Part shown: piece by piece, positions 12,830 to 25,349 of the stretch | Numbering within the stretch: the first letter of the stretch is position 1 | Layout of the letters: every line of letters begins with the position of its first letter | Assembly: GCA_964016885.1 (NCBI GenBank) | Contig: OZ024751.1 | Span: 29,140,001-29,204,000 of the forward strand | Direction of reading: 5' to 3' | Origin: Eledone cirrhosa | Taxonomy: Eukaryota | DNA length: 64,000 nt | Notes under the pieces: model-generated | Database searches by the model: none | What the model was told of the DNA's origin: nothing | The model's input: only the letters and a program-made list of their open reading frames with translations | Program-made: the position numbers and the translations under genes

Positions 12830-12962
12830 ATACAATATAAAAAAAAATTATATGTAAACGAAACGTGATCGTTTCTTTTCTTTATTATATACATTCCGTC
12901 CGAGTATTGAGAGCTTATATTGGTACCGCCACCAGTGATTCACTGAATCACACACACTATAA

Positions 12963-12995
<33 letters not shown>

Positions 12996-14093
12996 CACAT
13001 ATACATACACACTACTTTCCTTAAGCTGAATAATGGTCATACTTGTTTCACTGTTTAACATCTTATACATACACATATATACATACATATTTGCACACAT
13101 ATTTGTATTGTAAGCTTACAGTAAATATACACACACACATATACACGAGACTGAAAGAAGTATCCCAATACACACGCACACACATACATACACATACATA
13201 TACAACTATTCAAATATACTCTCACACACATACACACATTCATGTTGTTTTTTTATTGTTACAAAAGCTACTTTGGCATACATACTGATGCATAGAAATT
13301 AAAATACCATACTTACATACACATACAGACACATACACACACATACAGACAAACATCCATCTCTCTCTACACACACATACATAGTTATATTCATACATAC
13401 ACATATTTATAATTTTATGCATAAATTAAATACCATACTCTCACACACATGCATATATGTATATACACCAACACATACATATATAAATATATATGCACAC
13501 ACATATATGCACACACATATATGCATATAGTATACATACATAGTAGACATATACACATATATATATACACATGTATACACACACATATATACATTCATAT
13601 GCACTCATAGTATACACACATTCACATATGTATAATATACTCACACACATGTATATACATATAGTATATATACATTGATACACACTCATAGTATATACAC
13701 ATATACATATATACATTCATACACACTCAGATTATACACACACTCATATATATTACATATATGTATATACATATAGTATATACACACATACATATATATA
13801 CATACACATAAATCGTTATGAGTATATTTGTATGTTTTCTGCTTGATTAATTAGGCCATAAAAATGGTGTCTAAATTGAATATCTGCATTCTTTTGATGC
13901 CTTTTTTCCTGCTGTCTGCAAGATAGATTCTCTCATTACAACTGTCTGTAGTTTAGTAGACACTTTCAATAGTAGATTCTATACTTTATGCTAAACCCTT
14001 CCCCTCCTTGATTTGTTTTAGACTTTTTTTTGGTTTTTATTTCTGGCAGATATCCCACTGATGGTGTCTACCAATTCTGGCTAATATTTATCT

Positions 14094-14945
14094 ATGTTCT
14101 GGTAGAAATATCTAATAATATTGATAATATTTCACCCAATATATTTCAATATGAAATTTCAGCGTTAAAACCCCTTTTTCAAATGTGAAATGAAAGATTG
14201 TTTTGTATTATATTAATATGTTCTCGTAGAAATATCTAATAATATTGATAATATTTTACCCAATAGATTTCAATGTGATATTTCAGGGTTAAAATGCCTT
14301 TTTCAAATGTGAAATGAAAGATTGTTTTGTTTTATATTAATATGTTCTAGTAGAAATATCTAATAATATTGATAATATTTCACCCAATATATTTCAATAT
14401 GAAATTTCAGCGTTCAAACCCCTTTTTCAAATGTGAAATGAAAGATTGTTTTGTATTATATTAATATGTTCTCGTAGAAATATCTAATAATATTGATAAT
14501 ATTTTACCCAATAGATTTCAATGTGATATTTCAGGGTTAAAATGCCTTTTTCAAATGTGAAATGAAAGATTGTTTTGTTTTATATTAATATGTTCTAGTA
14601 GAAATATCTAATAATATTGATAATATTTCACCCAATATATTTCAATATGAAATTTCAGCGTTCAAACCCCTTTTTCAAATGTGAAATGAAAGATTGTTTT
14701 GTATTATATTAATATGTTCTCGTAGAAATATCTAATAATATTGATAATATTTTACCCAATAGATTTCAATGTGATATTTCAGGGTTAAAATGCCTTTTTC
14801 AAATGTGAAATGAAAGATTGTTTTGTTTTCTATTATCTTCTAGTAGAAATATCTAATAATATTGACAATATTTTACCCAATAGATTTCAATGTGATATTT
14901 CAGGGTTAAAACCGCTGGAAACGTTGTTTTGTTTTATATTAATAA
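14094..14945. repeat. 124-bp tandem repeat, 7 copies, A/B dimer (248-bp higher-order) pattern
   Basis: gtagaaatat at 14102, 14226, 14350, 14474, 14598, 14722 and 14843; diagnostic variants alternate A-B-A-B-A-B-B. Confidence 0.92.
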
Positions 14946-16469
14946 TAACTTTTATGCTACTTATGATAATATATAAAGTCTAGCTTATATTTTTAATGGG
15001 AGCTCCTACAAATTAGGATACTGCACTCCCACCAAACTTTTTGTTTCCTGGTGTCTACCATTTCTGGCTAACATCTATTTATGTTCTGGTTGATAATATT
15101 TTAGTATCTTAGTAATAAAATAATAAATAATGTTAGTGAATCTCTCAAAATCATTAATTAATTAATTAAAATAGAGGGTATTTCATTAGAAATGCAGTCA
15201 CGAAAGAGTTAATATTGTTTATAATAACTTTTATTCTAATTATGATGATATAATGTTTATGTATTTGGTGGAATGACATGATGGAGTAAACGGAATAAGA
15301 CCACAAAGAAGTGGGGACACAGAGGAGAAGAAACAACTAGTCACTGAGGTCACAGAATGTGTGACGAAAGCTCTTTCAGAAAATAATCAATAACTAATAA
15401 TTATCAAGGGAAAGTCAAATATTGGCAAAATTGGCAAAATAACCATCTCCAAATATAACAGCTCTGATAATATATTTTGATGGAAAAAGTCTAGCTGATA
15501 TTTTTAATGGGAGTTCCTACAAATTACAATATCACTTCCCCTGCCACTCTCCTTGTTTTTTTGGCAGACATCCCACTGGTGGTTTTTTTAACAATTGGAA
15601 CTAATATCTATCTATGTACTTGTAGAAATATTTAAATAACAGTTTCTGATTTTAGGCACAAGATGAACAATTTTCTTTTCGGAGGAGATGGGAAAGACAA
15701 GTAAATCGACCCAGTTCATTACTGGTACTTTATTTTATCTCCCCCCTCCCCATAAGGACGAAAGGCAAAGCTAACCCGTGGGATTTGAACTCAGAACATA
15801 AAGACACATAATTCTATGCCACAAAGCATGTTGTTTGATGCTCTACTGAAACTTTTCGACCAATTATGATAATATATTTTGGTAGGAAAACTCTAGCAGG
15901 GATTTTCAGTGGCACCCTCTGTAAATTATGATTAAGCCCTCTCCCCTCTTGTTTGTTTTTATCTGGCCAATATTCCACTAGTGATGTCCACCAGTTACAA
16001 CTAACATATACCTATGTTCTGCTAGAAATACTTAATAAGTTTCATACAAATTACTATAACACACCAATTACTGCAATTTTATGGTCATGTTTTCCCTGAC
16101 AAAATAAAGGGTTAGCTTTGATACGGTATTCTTTTTCAAGCAAGGTTCTACAACTGGGTGCCTTTCCTGAGGCCAACGCTTTTTAGTCATCTCTTAAGAA
16201 ATGCAGATATATGGTGTACCTATATTAAATCAGCCACAATAATTATAACAGAGTATGATAAAGATACATATTACTTTCATACACATTCCTTAGAATTTGC
16301 CATGTAGATTTCACCTTCTACGCTTGACCGGCTCTACCCACTCCCCTATCGTTCCACAGGAAAGTTCAGCCATCCCCACCCCGCACCCACTGCCATGATA
16401 GACTTTTCTGTGTCTGCTACAGATTTTGACCAATCCCCTTGACAACTACAATCTTCCCATATAAGGAAG

Positions 16470-16568
16470 TCCTCTTGAAAAGTTCGGCCATTTATTTACC
16501 AGACTAAAAAAACTCTTACTTTAGTCCAGAAATAGCCGTCGAAACGGCTTGAGCTCTGCCGTCGGGGG
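16470..16568 (+). ncRNA. Decayed full type-I hammerhead (core mutated)
   Basis: TCCTC-TTGAAAA (vs CTGANGA)-..CGGCCATTT..GACTAAA/TTTAGTC..AAATAGCCG..-GAAA-CGGC(ttgagctct)GCCG-TC-GGGGG: stems II and III and the GUC site remain, with two core substitutions. Confidence 0.5.
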
Positions 16569-16610
16569 CATACTTTCTCCTATATATATATGTATATATT
16601 TACATATATA

Positions 16611-16814
16611 TACAAATAAAAGGCAGAAATAACTCATACTGATACCCTATAATTTAACAAGCTCAAAGTATAAATACTGAGCATTTCAATAATATATGTA
16701 GTAATAAACACATTGTTTATTACGACATATATTATTATATAATGTTCAGTATTTATACTTTGAGCTTGTTAATTACAAGGTATCAGTATGAGTTAACTCT
16801 GCCTTTTATTTGTA
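16611..16814. repeat. Near-perfect 204-bp palindrome (about 100-bp arms, 3-nt loop)
   Basis: tacaaataaaaggcaga...gtaataaaca-cat-tgtttattac...tctgccttttatttgta. Confidence 0.92.
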
Positions 16815-16965
16815 TGTCGGCTCCCTACTAGGTGAGCTTATAAGTTGGGTGTATTAGGCTATTGTTTCTAGCCAATCCACTCACACCACTTTTAACTTCT
16901 AGCTCACGAGGTGAAATATTCATTCATGTGGTTTTGTCATAGGTGTTTGTTTCATTGAATCTATT

Positions 16966-17035
16966 CTCTCGCTGATGATGCCCACAAACACAATTCTCAG
17001 GGCGAAACAGATTATATCAATAATCTCTCCGGCAG
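16966..17035 (+). ncRNA. Type-I hammerhead ribozyme motif with full stem III
   Basis: CTCTCG-CTGATGA-(T)GCCC(loop)GGGC-GAAA-CAGATTAT(atca)ATAATCT-C-TC-CGGCAG; one mismatch at the base of stem III (CUC in place of GUC). Confidence 0.72.
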
Positions 17036-17171
17036 ATGTAATAGTTTTTGAGGCGGTCTGTATTTATTTTATTTTATTTTATGTATATTCCACTTGCTTC
17101 TGATTGAATTTCTCAAACAAATGTGGTATTTCAACCCTTGTAATTTTAGACACATGATTTACTGTGTTTAT

Positions 17172-17240
<69 letters not shown>

Positions 17241-17279
17241 TACACACACATATATATATATATATACACATATATATAT

Positions 17280-17326
<47 letters not shown>

Positions 17327-18112
17327 TATATATATATATACACACATATATATATATATACACTCATATCATCATCACGAAGAAAGATAATTATGTAATT
17401 ATGGGGACATTTTATTGAAAGTATGAAAATATTTTGAGAGTTCAGCCTAATTTGTTTGGTCAGATTGAAATAAATGTTGTAAACGATGGTGCCAGGTTTA
17501 TGGAGACCGAGCTGTAAAGTCTATTTTTCTTATTAATTAGATTTCCATATGTAAACCTCTTTGAAAAAAATGTTGCCTGGAAAGCCATATTGTGTCCATA
17601 ACGCTCCATAACTTTTAATTCCTGAAACTGATTGGTCAGTCAACACACACTAATACATCAATAAACATTATATACATACATATATACATATACAGACATA
17701 TATATACACATATATATATATATGTACATACATATATATATATAGACACACACACATGCACACGTAAAATGATGATGATGATATATATATATATATATAT
17801 ATACACAATTACACATACATATACACATATACATGTACACATATACATATACATATATGTATGTGTGTGTATATATAGATGTGTGTGTGTGTGTGTATAT
17901 GTATGCAGTTACACATACATATACATATATACACATATCCATGTGTATATGTATGTATGTATATGTGTGTGTGTATAATATATATATTTATATATATATA
18001 TACATACATATATGTATACAACCACACATACACAGAGACATATATGTGACCATGAAAATATTGTATATACATATGTATATACATATATATATACACACAC
18101 ATACACACATAC

Positions 18113-18200
<88 letters not shown>

Positions 18201-18277
18201 GTGTGTGTGTATATATATATGTGTGTGTGTATATATATGTGTGTGTGTGTATATATATATGTGTGTGTATATATATA

Positions 18278-18326
<49 letters not shown>

Positions 18327-18500
18327 TGCGTGCTATGTTGTTTTTCTTCATCTTTTATTCAGTGTATTCAATTTAGCTGCAATGATTTAGTGAAATCTGA
18401 AAAAAATTGATCATCAGTGTCATCGTAGCTGAGTTAATAACTTTAACATACGAAGGCTTTATTACTCAATTATCATATAAACATCTACAAACTATTACTT

Positions 18501-18965
18501 CCTTACATCCACACTGATTTCATGTTCATAAAAGTTAGCTTAGAGTCCTCAAAGTTGTTCTTACATCCACACTGATTTCATGTTCATAAAATTTAGTTTA
18601 GAGTCCTCAAAGTTGTCCTTACATCCACACTAATTTCATGTTCATAAAATTTAGTTTAGAGTCCTCAAAGTTGTCCTTACATCCACACTAATTTCATGTT
18701 CATAAAATTTAGTTTAGAGTCCTCAAAGTTGTCCTTACATCCACACTAATTTCATGTTCATAAAATTTAGTTTAGAGTCCTCAAAGTTGTCCTTACATCC
18801 ACACTAATTTCATGTTCATAAAATTTAGCTTAGAGTCCTCAAAGTTGTCCTTACATCCATCCACACTAATTTCATGTTCATAAAGTTTGGCTTAGAGTCC
18901 TCAAAGTTGTCCTTACATCCATCCACACTAATTTCATGTTCATAAAGTTTGGCTTAGAGTCCTCT
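18501..18965. repeat. 58-bp minisatellite, 8 copies (last two 62 bp)
   Basis: ccttacatccacactaatttcatgttcataaaatttagtttagagtcctcaaagttgt recurs at 58-bp period. Confidence 0.95.
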
Positions 18966-19333
18966 TAGTTGTAGTGGCTGCTTAGCTGGTAGGTTGATGT
19001 TTTGGACTTATAAAGGTTTGTAGATTAAAAGAATAAGGATGGATAGTTAGATTGATGGATGGTTCTGTAACTCCTTGTCAAGTATTAGGGGTGCTGTATT
19101 GGCATACAGTGTTTCCAGAGCTTTTTTTAAAACTTGGCAGAGCCCATCTTCTCTACAGGGCTGAATATGAGAGATTTCTTCCAGAGAAGGATAGAGAGTG
19201 AGAGAATGGTAGTGAGAAAGAGATATAGAGGAAGAATTAACCCCATTACTTGAGTCAAACCTTTTTTCCTCAACCCCAAATGGATGAAAGGCAAGGTTGA
19301 CCTCGACAGGATGTGAACTTAGAGAGCCGAAAC

Positions 19334-20053
19334 ATTCTATCTGACATTCTAACAACTATACCAATTCTATCTGACATTCTAACAACTATACCAATTCTAT
19401 CTGACATTCTAACAACTATACCAATTCTATCTGACATTCTAACAACTATACCAATTCTATCTGACATTCTAACAACTATACCAAGTCTATCTGACATTCT
19501 AACAACTATACCAATTCTATCTGACATTCTAACAACTATACCAATTCTATCTGACATTCTAACAACTATACCAATTCTATCTGACATTCTAACAACTATA
19601 CCAAGTCTATCTGACATTCTAACAACTATACCAATTCTATCTGACATTCTAACAACTATACCAAGTCTATCTGACATTCTAACAACTATACCAATTCTAT
19701 CTGACATTCTAACAACTATACCAATTCTATCTGACATTCTAACAACTATACCAATTCTATCTGACATTCTAACAACTATACCAATTCTATCTGACATTCT
19801 AACAACTATACCAAGTCTATCTGACATTCTAACAACTATACCAATTCTATCTGACATTCTAACAACTATACCAATTCTATCTGACATTCTAACAACTATA
19901 CCAATTCTATCTGACATTCTAACAACTATACCAATTCTATCTGACATTCTAACAACTATACCAATTCTATCTGACATTCTAACAACTATACCAATTCTAT
20001 CTGACATTCTAACAACTATACCAAGTCTATCTGACATTCTAACAACTATACCA
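19334..20053. repeat. 30-bp minisatellite, 24 near-identical copies, derived from a SINE head
   Basis: Unit a(t/g)tctatctgacattctaacaactatacca; flanked on the left by a minus-strand SINE body (19270-19333) and on the right by a plus-strand family A tail (20055-20125). Confidence 0.95.
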
Positions 20054-20767
20054 AGTCGATAAAATAAAGTACCAGTAATGCACTGGGATAATTGCTGGCC
20101 TTGTGCCAAAAAGTAGAAACAATTATATTTATATATCATCACTATCATTTTAATGACCACTTTCCCTGCAAGGCCAAGTCAGTATTGAAGCAAGTCTAAT
20201 GGTCTTCCAGATAGGGTGGGTGTTTGCATCTCGTTTACATATCCTCTCACATTCTACTGAGTGCATAGAAGAGGTTGTCATGTATCTGACACAAATCAAG
20301 GGTCCTCACAACTCTTTGTTTGGCAAGCTTTCTATGGTTGGATGTCCTTCCTATCCCCGTATATATATACATATATACATATATGCTAGATACAGTCCTA
20401 TACGAGCGAGACATGGTCACCCGATCAATCTTACCTCAAGTGGGACAATTCCCGTCTAACCCATACTAGCGTTGAAGATAGACGTTAAGCAATGATGATG
20501 ATGATATATATATATGTGTATATATATGTATATATATATATGTATGTATATATATATATATGTATGTATATATATATATATGTATGTATAATAATAATAC
20601 TATTTATAGTTATGTATATACTATAAACTATAAACAGGAAAGGTCAGTAATTTCCTACTACCCTATTACCAGTAAGAGAAAGAGCTCAATGTAAGAATGT
20701 CAGTTGTTTTACAGAGCAGGAAAATAAATAAATTAGACAATTATCAAAGTTGTGTTCAAATCATTTA

Positions 20768-20818
20768 ATCGCTGACAATCGTTTCTTCCAAACTCTCGTT
20801 TGGAGTCATCAGAGCATT
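20768..20818 (-). ncRNA. Minimal type-I hammerhead ribozyme motif
   Basis: Minus strand: ..AATGCT-CTGATGA-CTCCAAAC(GAGA)GTTTGGAA-GAAA-CGATTG-TC-AGCGATT: intact core, GNRA-capped stem II and a GUC site. Confidence 0.75.
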
Positions 20819-20918
20819 ATCAATGTTTGTACATGTAATTAACCTCCTATTCAACTGAACAATAATATAGATACATATATATTGATTTTGTGAGCAACAG
20901 TTTCGTATTTACAGGTAT

Positions 20919-20954
<36 letters not shown>

Positions 20955-21019
20955 ATATATATATGTATATATATGTGTGTGTGTGTTTATATTTCTCTGT
21001 CCCATAACATTAGCAGTTT

Positions 21020-21343
21020 TTCTACTGTAATATTCTACTGTAATAATCTACTGTAATAATCTACTGTAATATTCTACTGTAATATTCTACTGTAATAATC
21101 TACTGTAATAATCTGCTGTAATATTCTACTGTAATAATCTACTGTAATAATCTGCTGTAATATTCTACTGTAATATTCTACTGTAATATTCTACTGTAAT
21201 AATCTACTGTAATATTCTACTGTAATATTCTACTGTAATATTCTACTGTAATAATCTACTGTAATATTCTACTGTAATATTCTACTGTAATAATCTACTG
21301 TAATATTCTACTGTAATAATCTACTGTAATATTCTAATGTAAT
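21020..21343. repeat. 13-bp minisatellite ((t/a)tctactgtaata), about 25 copies
   Basis: Direct inspection of the array. Confidence 0.93.
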
Positions 21344-21626
21344 ACATTTTAATATCAAACTGAAATTAGCCCAGATTTTATGATATAGAACTGTCTTAAT
21401 GTTTGATCCTTCACATAGGAAACACACCTAAAATTATCTCTAAAATTGAACTCAGAACCCACAATATATACATACATATATGTTTGTATATATATATATA
21501 CACCCATACATGCATTTATGCAAGCTATCAATTTCAACTATATACATACTTCACTCTCTCTGGGCTTCTAGCAATTTTTTTATCATAATTACATAGAAAC
21601 ACAGGTTAGTACATGTGTACTTATAT

Positions 21627-21691
<65 letters not shown>

Positions 21692-21811
21692 CACTAATGT
21701 AATACATTATTTATACATGCACATACATCCCCCATATTATATATATATATATATACATGCATATATATATATGCATATATATATATATATATATGCATAT
21801 ATATATATATA

Positions 21812-21873
<62 letters not shown>

Positions 21874-22115
21874 TATATATATATATATATGCATATATAT
21901 ATATATGCATATATATATATATATATATATGCATATATATATATATATATATGCATATATATATATATATGCATATATATATATATATGCATATATATAT
22001 ATGCATATATATATATATACACAAACACACATATATATCTACACACAAATACACATATATATCTACACACAAATATTACATTATTTTTACACATACATAT
22101 ATACATTTATTTTAA

Positions 22116-22168
<53 letters not shown>

Positions 22169-22311
22169 TCAATAATATATGTATGCATGCTCAGCTGCAC
22201 ATATCTGCAACTGTACGCCCCATCTAGCCATCGATGCTTAACCACAGACCTTTCTTATAACAATGCATAAATCACTTTCGCACCACCTATCAAAAGAAAC
22301 TCCAGCCATGC

Positions 22312-22359
<48 letters not shown>

Positions 22360-22369
22360 TCTCAGCCAC

Positions 22370-23645
22370 CACTACTACCACTACCACTACCACTACCACT
22401 TCTATCACAAGCACCACCACCTCTACTACCCCATTGATACCAGGAGCTGAAGGACCACCATGACCACCATTATCATTACCACCACCACCACCATTATCAT
22501 TACCACCACCACCACCATTATCATTACCACCACCACCACCATTATCATTACCACCACCACCACCACCGCCTCTATTATCATTACCACCACCACCACCACC
22601 TCTAATATCATTACTACCACCACCACCACCACCACCGCCACCTCTAATATCATTACCACCACCACCACCACCACCACCATTATCATTACTACCCCACCAC
22701 CACCGCCATTATCATTACCACCACCACCACCACCTCTAATATCATTACTACCACCACCACCACCACCACCGCCACCATTATCATTACCACCACCACCACC
22801 ACCACCACCATTATCATTACTACCACCACCACCACCACCACCGCCACCATTATCATTACCACCACCACCACCACCACCACCACCATTATCATTACTACCC
22901 CACCACCACCGCCATTATCATTACCACCACCACCTCTAATATCATTACTACCCCACCACCACCACCACTATTATCATTACTACCCCACCACCACCGCCAT
23001 TATCATTACCACCACCACCACCTCTAATATCATTACTACCGCCACCACCACCACCATTATCATTACTACCCCCACCACTACCGCCACCATTATCATTACT
23101 ACCCCACCACCACCACCTCTATTATCATCACTACCACCACCACCACCGCCATTATCATTACCACCACCACCACCACCGCCATTATCATTACCACCACCAC
23201 CACCTCTAATATCATTACTACCACCACCACCACCTCTAATATCATTACTACCACCACCACCACCTCTATTATCATCACTACCACCACCACCTCCATTATC
23301 ATCACTATCACCACCACCACCACCTCCATTATCATCACTATTACCACCACCACCACCACCATCAAGTGCCCACCATAACTATTAGCATTAATATCAATGC
23401 TACCACCATCACCACCAACATGTCCACCACCATAATTTGTACTGTCACTATGACAACCAGTACCTCTACAGCTGCCACCACCAGCACCATTACCACCATC
23501 ACTACCACCATCACTACCATCACCACCATCACCACCACCACCACCACTACCACCACCACCACCATCACCACGACCACCACCACCATCACTACCGCCATCA
23601 CCACCACTACTACCACCAATCAGCCCCTCCTCCACCATCACCTCC
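22370..23645. repeat. Compound (ACC)n/(ATC)n low-complexity tract with 24-33 bp superunits
   Basis: Runs of attatcatt(acc)n and tctaatatcatt(acc)n; similar tracts at 35140-36560, 52510-52840 and 57170-57645. Confidence 0.9.
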
Positions 23646-24712
23646 TACCATACTATAATTTTCATCTACTACCTCCCTCTCTTCCCCTCTCTCACTCTCT
23701 ATTATACATGCTCTCTCTCTCTTTCTCACTCTCTATTATACATGCTCTCTCTCTCTTTCTCACTCTCTGTTTCTACCCTCCCCCTTTTGATATCTCTCTC
23801 TCTTTATCATACATGCTCTCTCTGTCTCTCTCACTCTCTATCTATCATACACTGTCTCTATTTCTTGCCCTCACTCTCTCTCACACACATTTTTCTATCA
23901 TACACTGTCTCTCTCTGTCTTTCGTTGTCTTTCTCATTCTCTATCATACACATGGTGGCAGTGGTGGTGGTGGTACTGCTGCTGCTGCTGCTGATGGTAG
24001 TTGGATGGCTGGTTGGTGTAGGTGGTGATGGTGTTGTTTGTGGTGGTGGTGGTGGTGATGGTGGTGGTGGTGGTGGTACTGCTGCTGCTGCTGATGGTAG
24101 TTGGATGGCTGGTTGGTGTAGGTGGTGATGGTGTTGTTTGTGGTGGTGGTGGTGGTGGTGTTAGTTGAATTAGTTCCCCTCATGAGTCTCCCCCCCCTCC
24201 TCCCCGCACCTCTCTCCTTACCAAGTTTGTCCCATTGACTGGCACAGTGGCTGTGGCACCCAGTTTACTTAGGTTCACATATCACAATAAACCAGCCAGT
24301 ATTGCTTGACAATATACAACACATGCATGTATACATATATACATGTACGTGTGCATGTATATATATATATATATAAATATATACAGGTATGTATATATAT
24401 ATATATATATACAGGTATGTATGTATATATACATATATATATATATATACATACCTGTATGTATACATGTGTATGTGCATATATATATATATACATACCT
24501 GTATGTATACATGTGTATGTGCATATATATATACATACCTGTATGTATACATGTGTATGTGCATATATATATATATACATACCTGTATGTATACATGTGT
24601 ATGTGCATATATATATATATACATACCTGTATGTATACATGTGTATGTGCATATATATATATATACATACCTGTATGTATACATGTGTATGTGCATATAT
24701 ATATATATAGAC

Positions 24713-24913
24713 CTGTGTAGAAGGAAGACGCAGAAGAGGAAGACCACGAAAAACATGGGCGGAGGTGGTGAGAGCAGACCTCAGATCGCTGAAGCTCACG
24801 GAGGAGATGACGAAGGACCGTGACAAGTGGAGAGATGCTGTGCTGAATAGGACCCGTCCCACCCTTGCAAGCAGGGAAAAGCGGTCACAAAATGATGTTG
24901 ATGATGCTGATGA
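24713..24913 (+). mobile_element. RTE-clade LINE 3' end (5'-truncated insertion)
   Basis: Encodes [41 protein letters not shown], the typical GRP..W..DR..WR C-terminus of RTE ORFs, followed by an (ATG)n-like tail. A second fragment lies at 53955-54046(-). Confidence 0.88.
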
Positions 24914-24944
24914 TATATATATATATATATATATATTACCTGTA

Positions 24945-24977
<33 letters not shown>

Positions 24978-24991
24978 TATATATATATACA

Positions 24992-25340
24992 TGGAGGCAC
25001 ATGACTTTGTGGTTAGAACATTGGCCTTGCAATCGAAAGGTTGTGAGTTCAATTCTCAGACCGGGTGATGTGTTGTTTCCTTGAGCAAGACACTTTATTT
25101 CACATTGCTCCAGTTTACTCAGCTGTAGAAATGAGATGACAGGGACTGGAGTCCCTATCATTCCACTGCAAAGTGGTCATGGAGGTGCCACAGCAAAAAA
25201 GCACCCAGCACTCACTGTAAATGAGGTTGGTGTTAGGAAGGGCATCCAGCTGTAGAAATCAAGCCAGAATCAGTTCCCGTCCCACCCTTGCAAGCAGGGA
25301 AAAGCGGACGTAAAATGATGATGATGATGATGATGATGAT
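24992..25340 (+). mobile_element. Family B tRNA-derived SINE with RTE-type 3' tail, full length
   Basis: Has an A/B-box head, the central block ccttgagcaagacactttatttcacattgctccag, and a tail nearly identical to the adjacent RTE 3' end. Confidence 0.9.
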
Positions 25341-25349
25341 ACACACACA

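Larger units (their letters stand above)
12560..12869. repeat. Diverged inverted repeat (about 145-bp arms, about 11-bp spacer) of a Penelope-like terminal repeat
   Basis: Left arm ...agcattgatctgctcatcagactggtgattcaacaaa is the reverse complement of right arm tttgttgaaccaccggtctgatgagtagatcaatgct..., and the match extends outward through both arms. Confidence 0.85.

Noticed and set aside
19270-20160. 296-aa and 249-aa ORFs with decapeptide repeats
   Set aside because: They result from a stop-free 30-bp minisatellite, are open on both strands and are flanked by SINE fragments.
22460-23658. Pro/Thr/His/Gly-rich ORFs resembling mucin, extensin or formin (also at 30729-31476, 35025-36585 and 57047-57788)
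   Set aside because: These are trinucleotide microsatellite tracts open in several frames, with no non-repetitive domain or consistent splice context.
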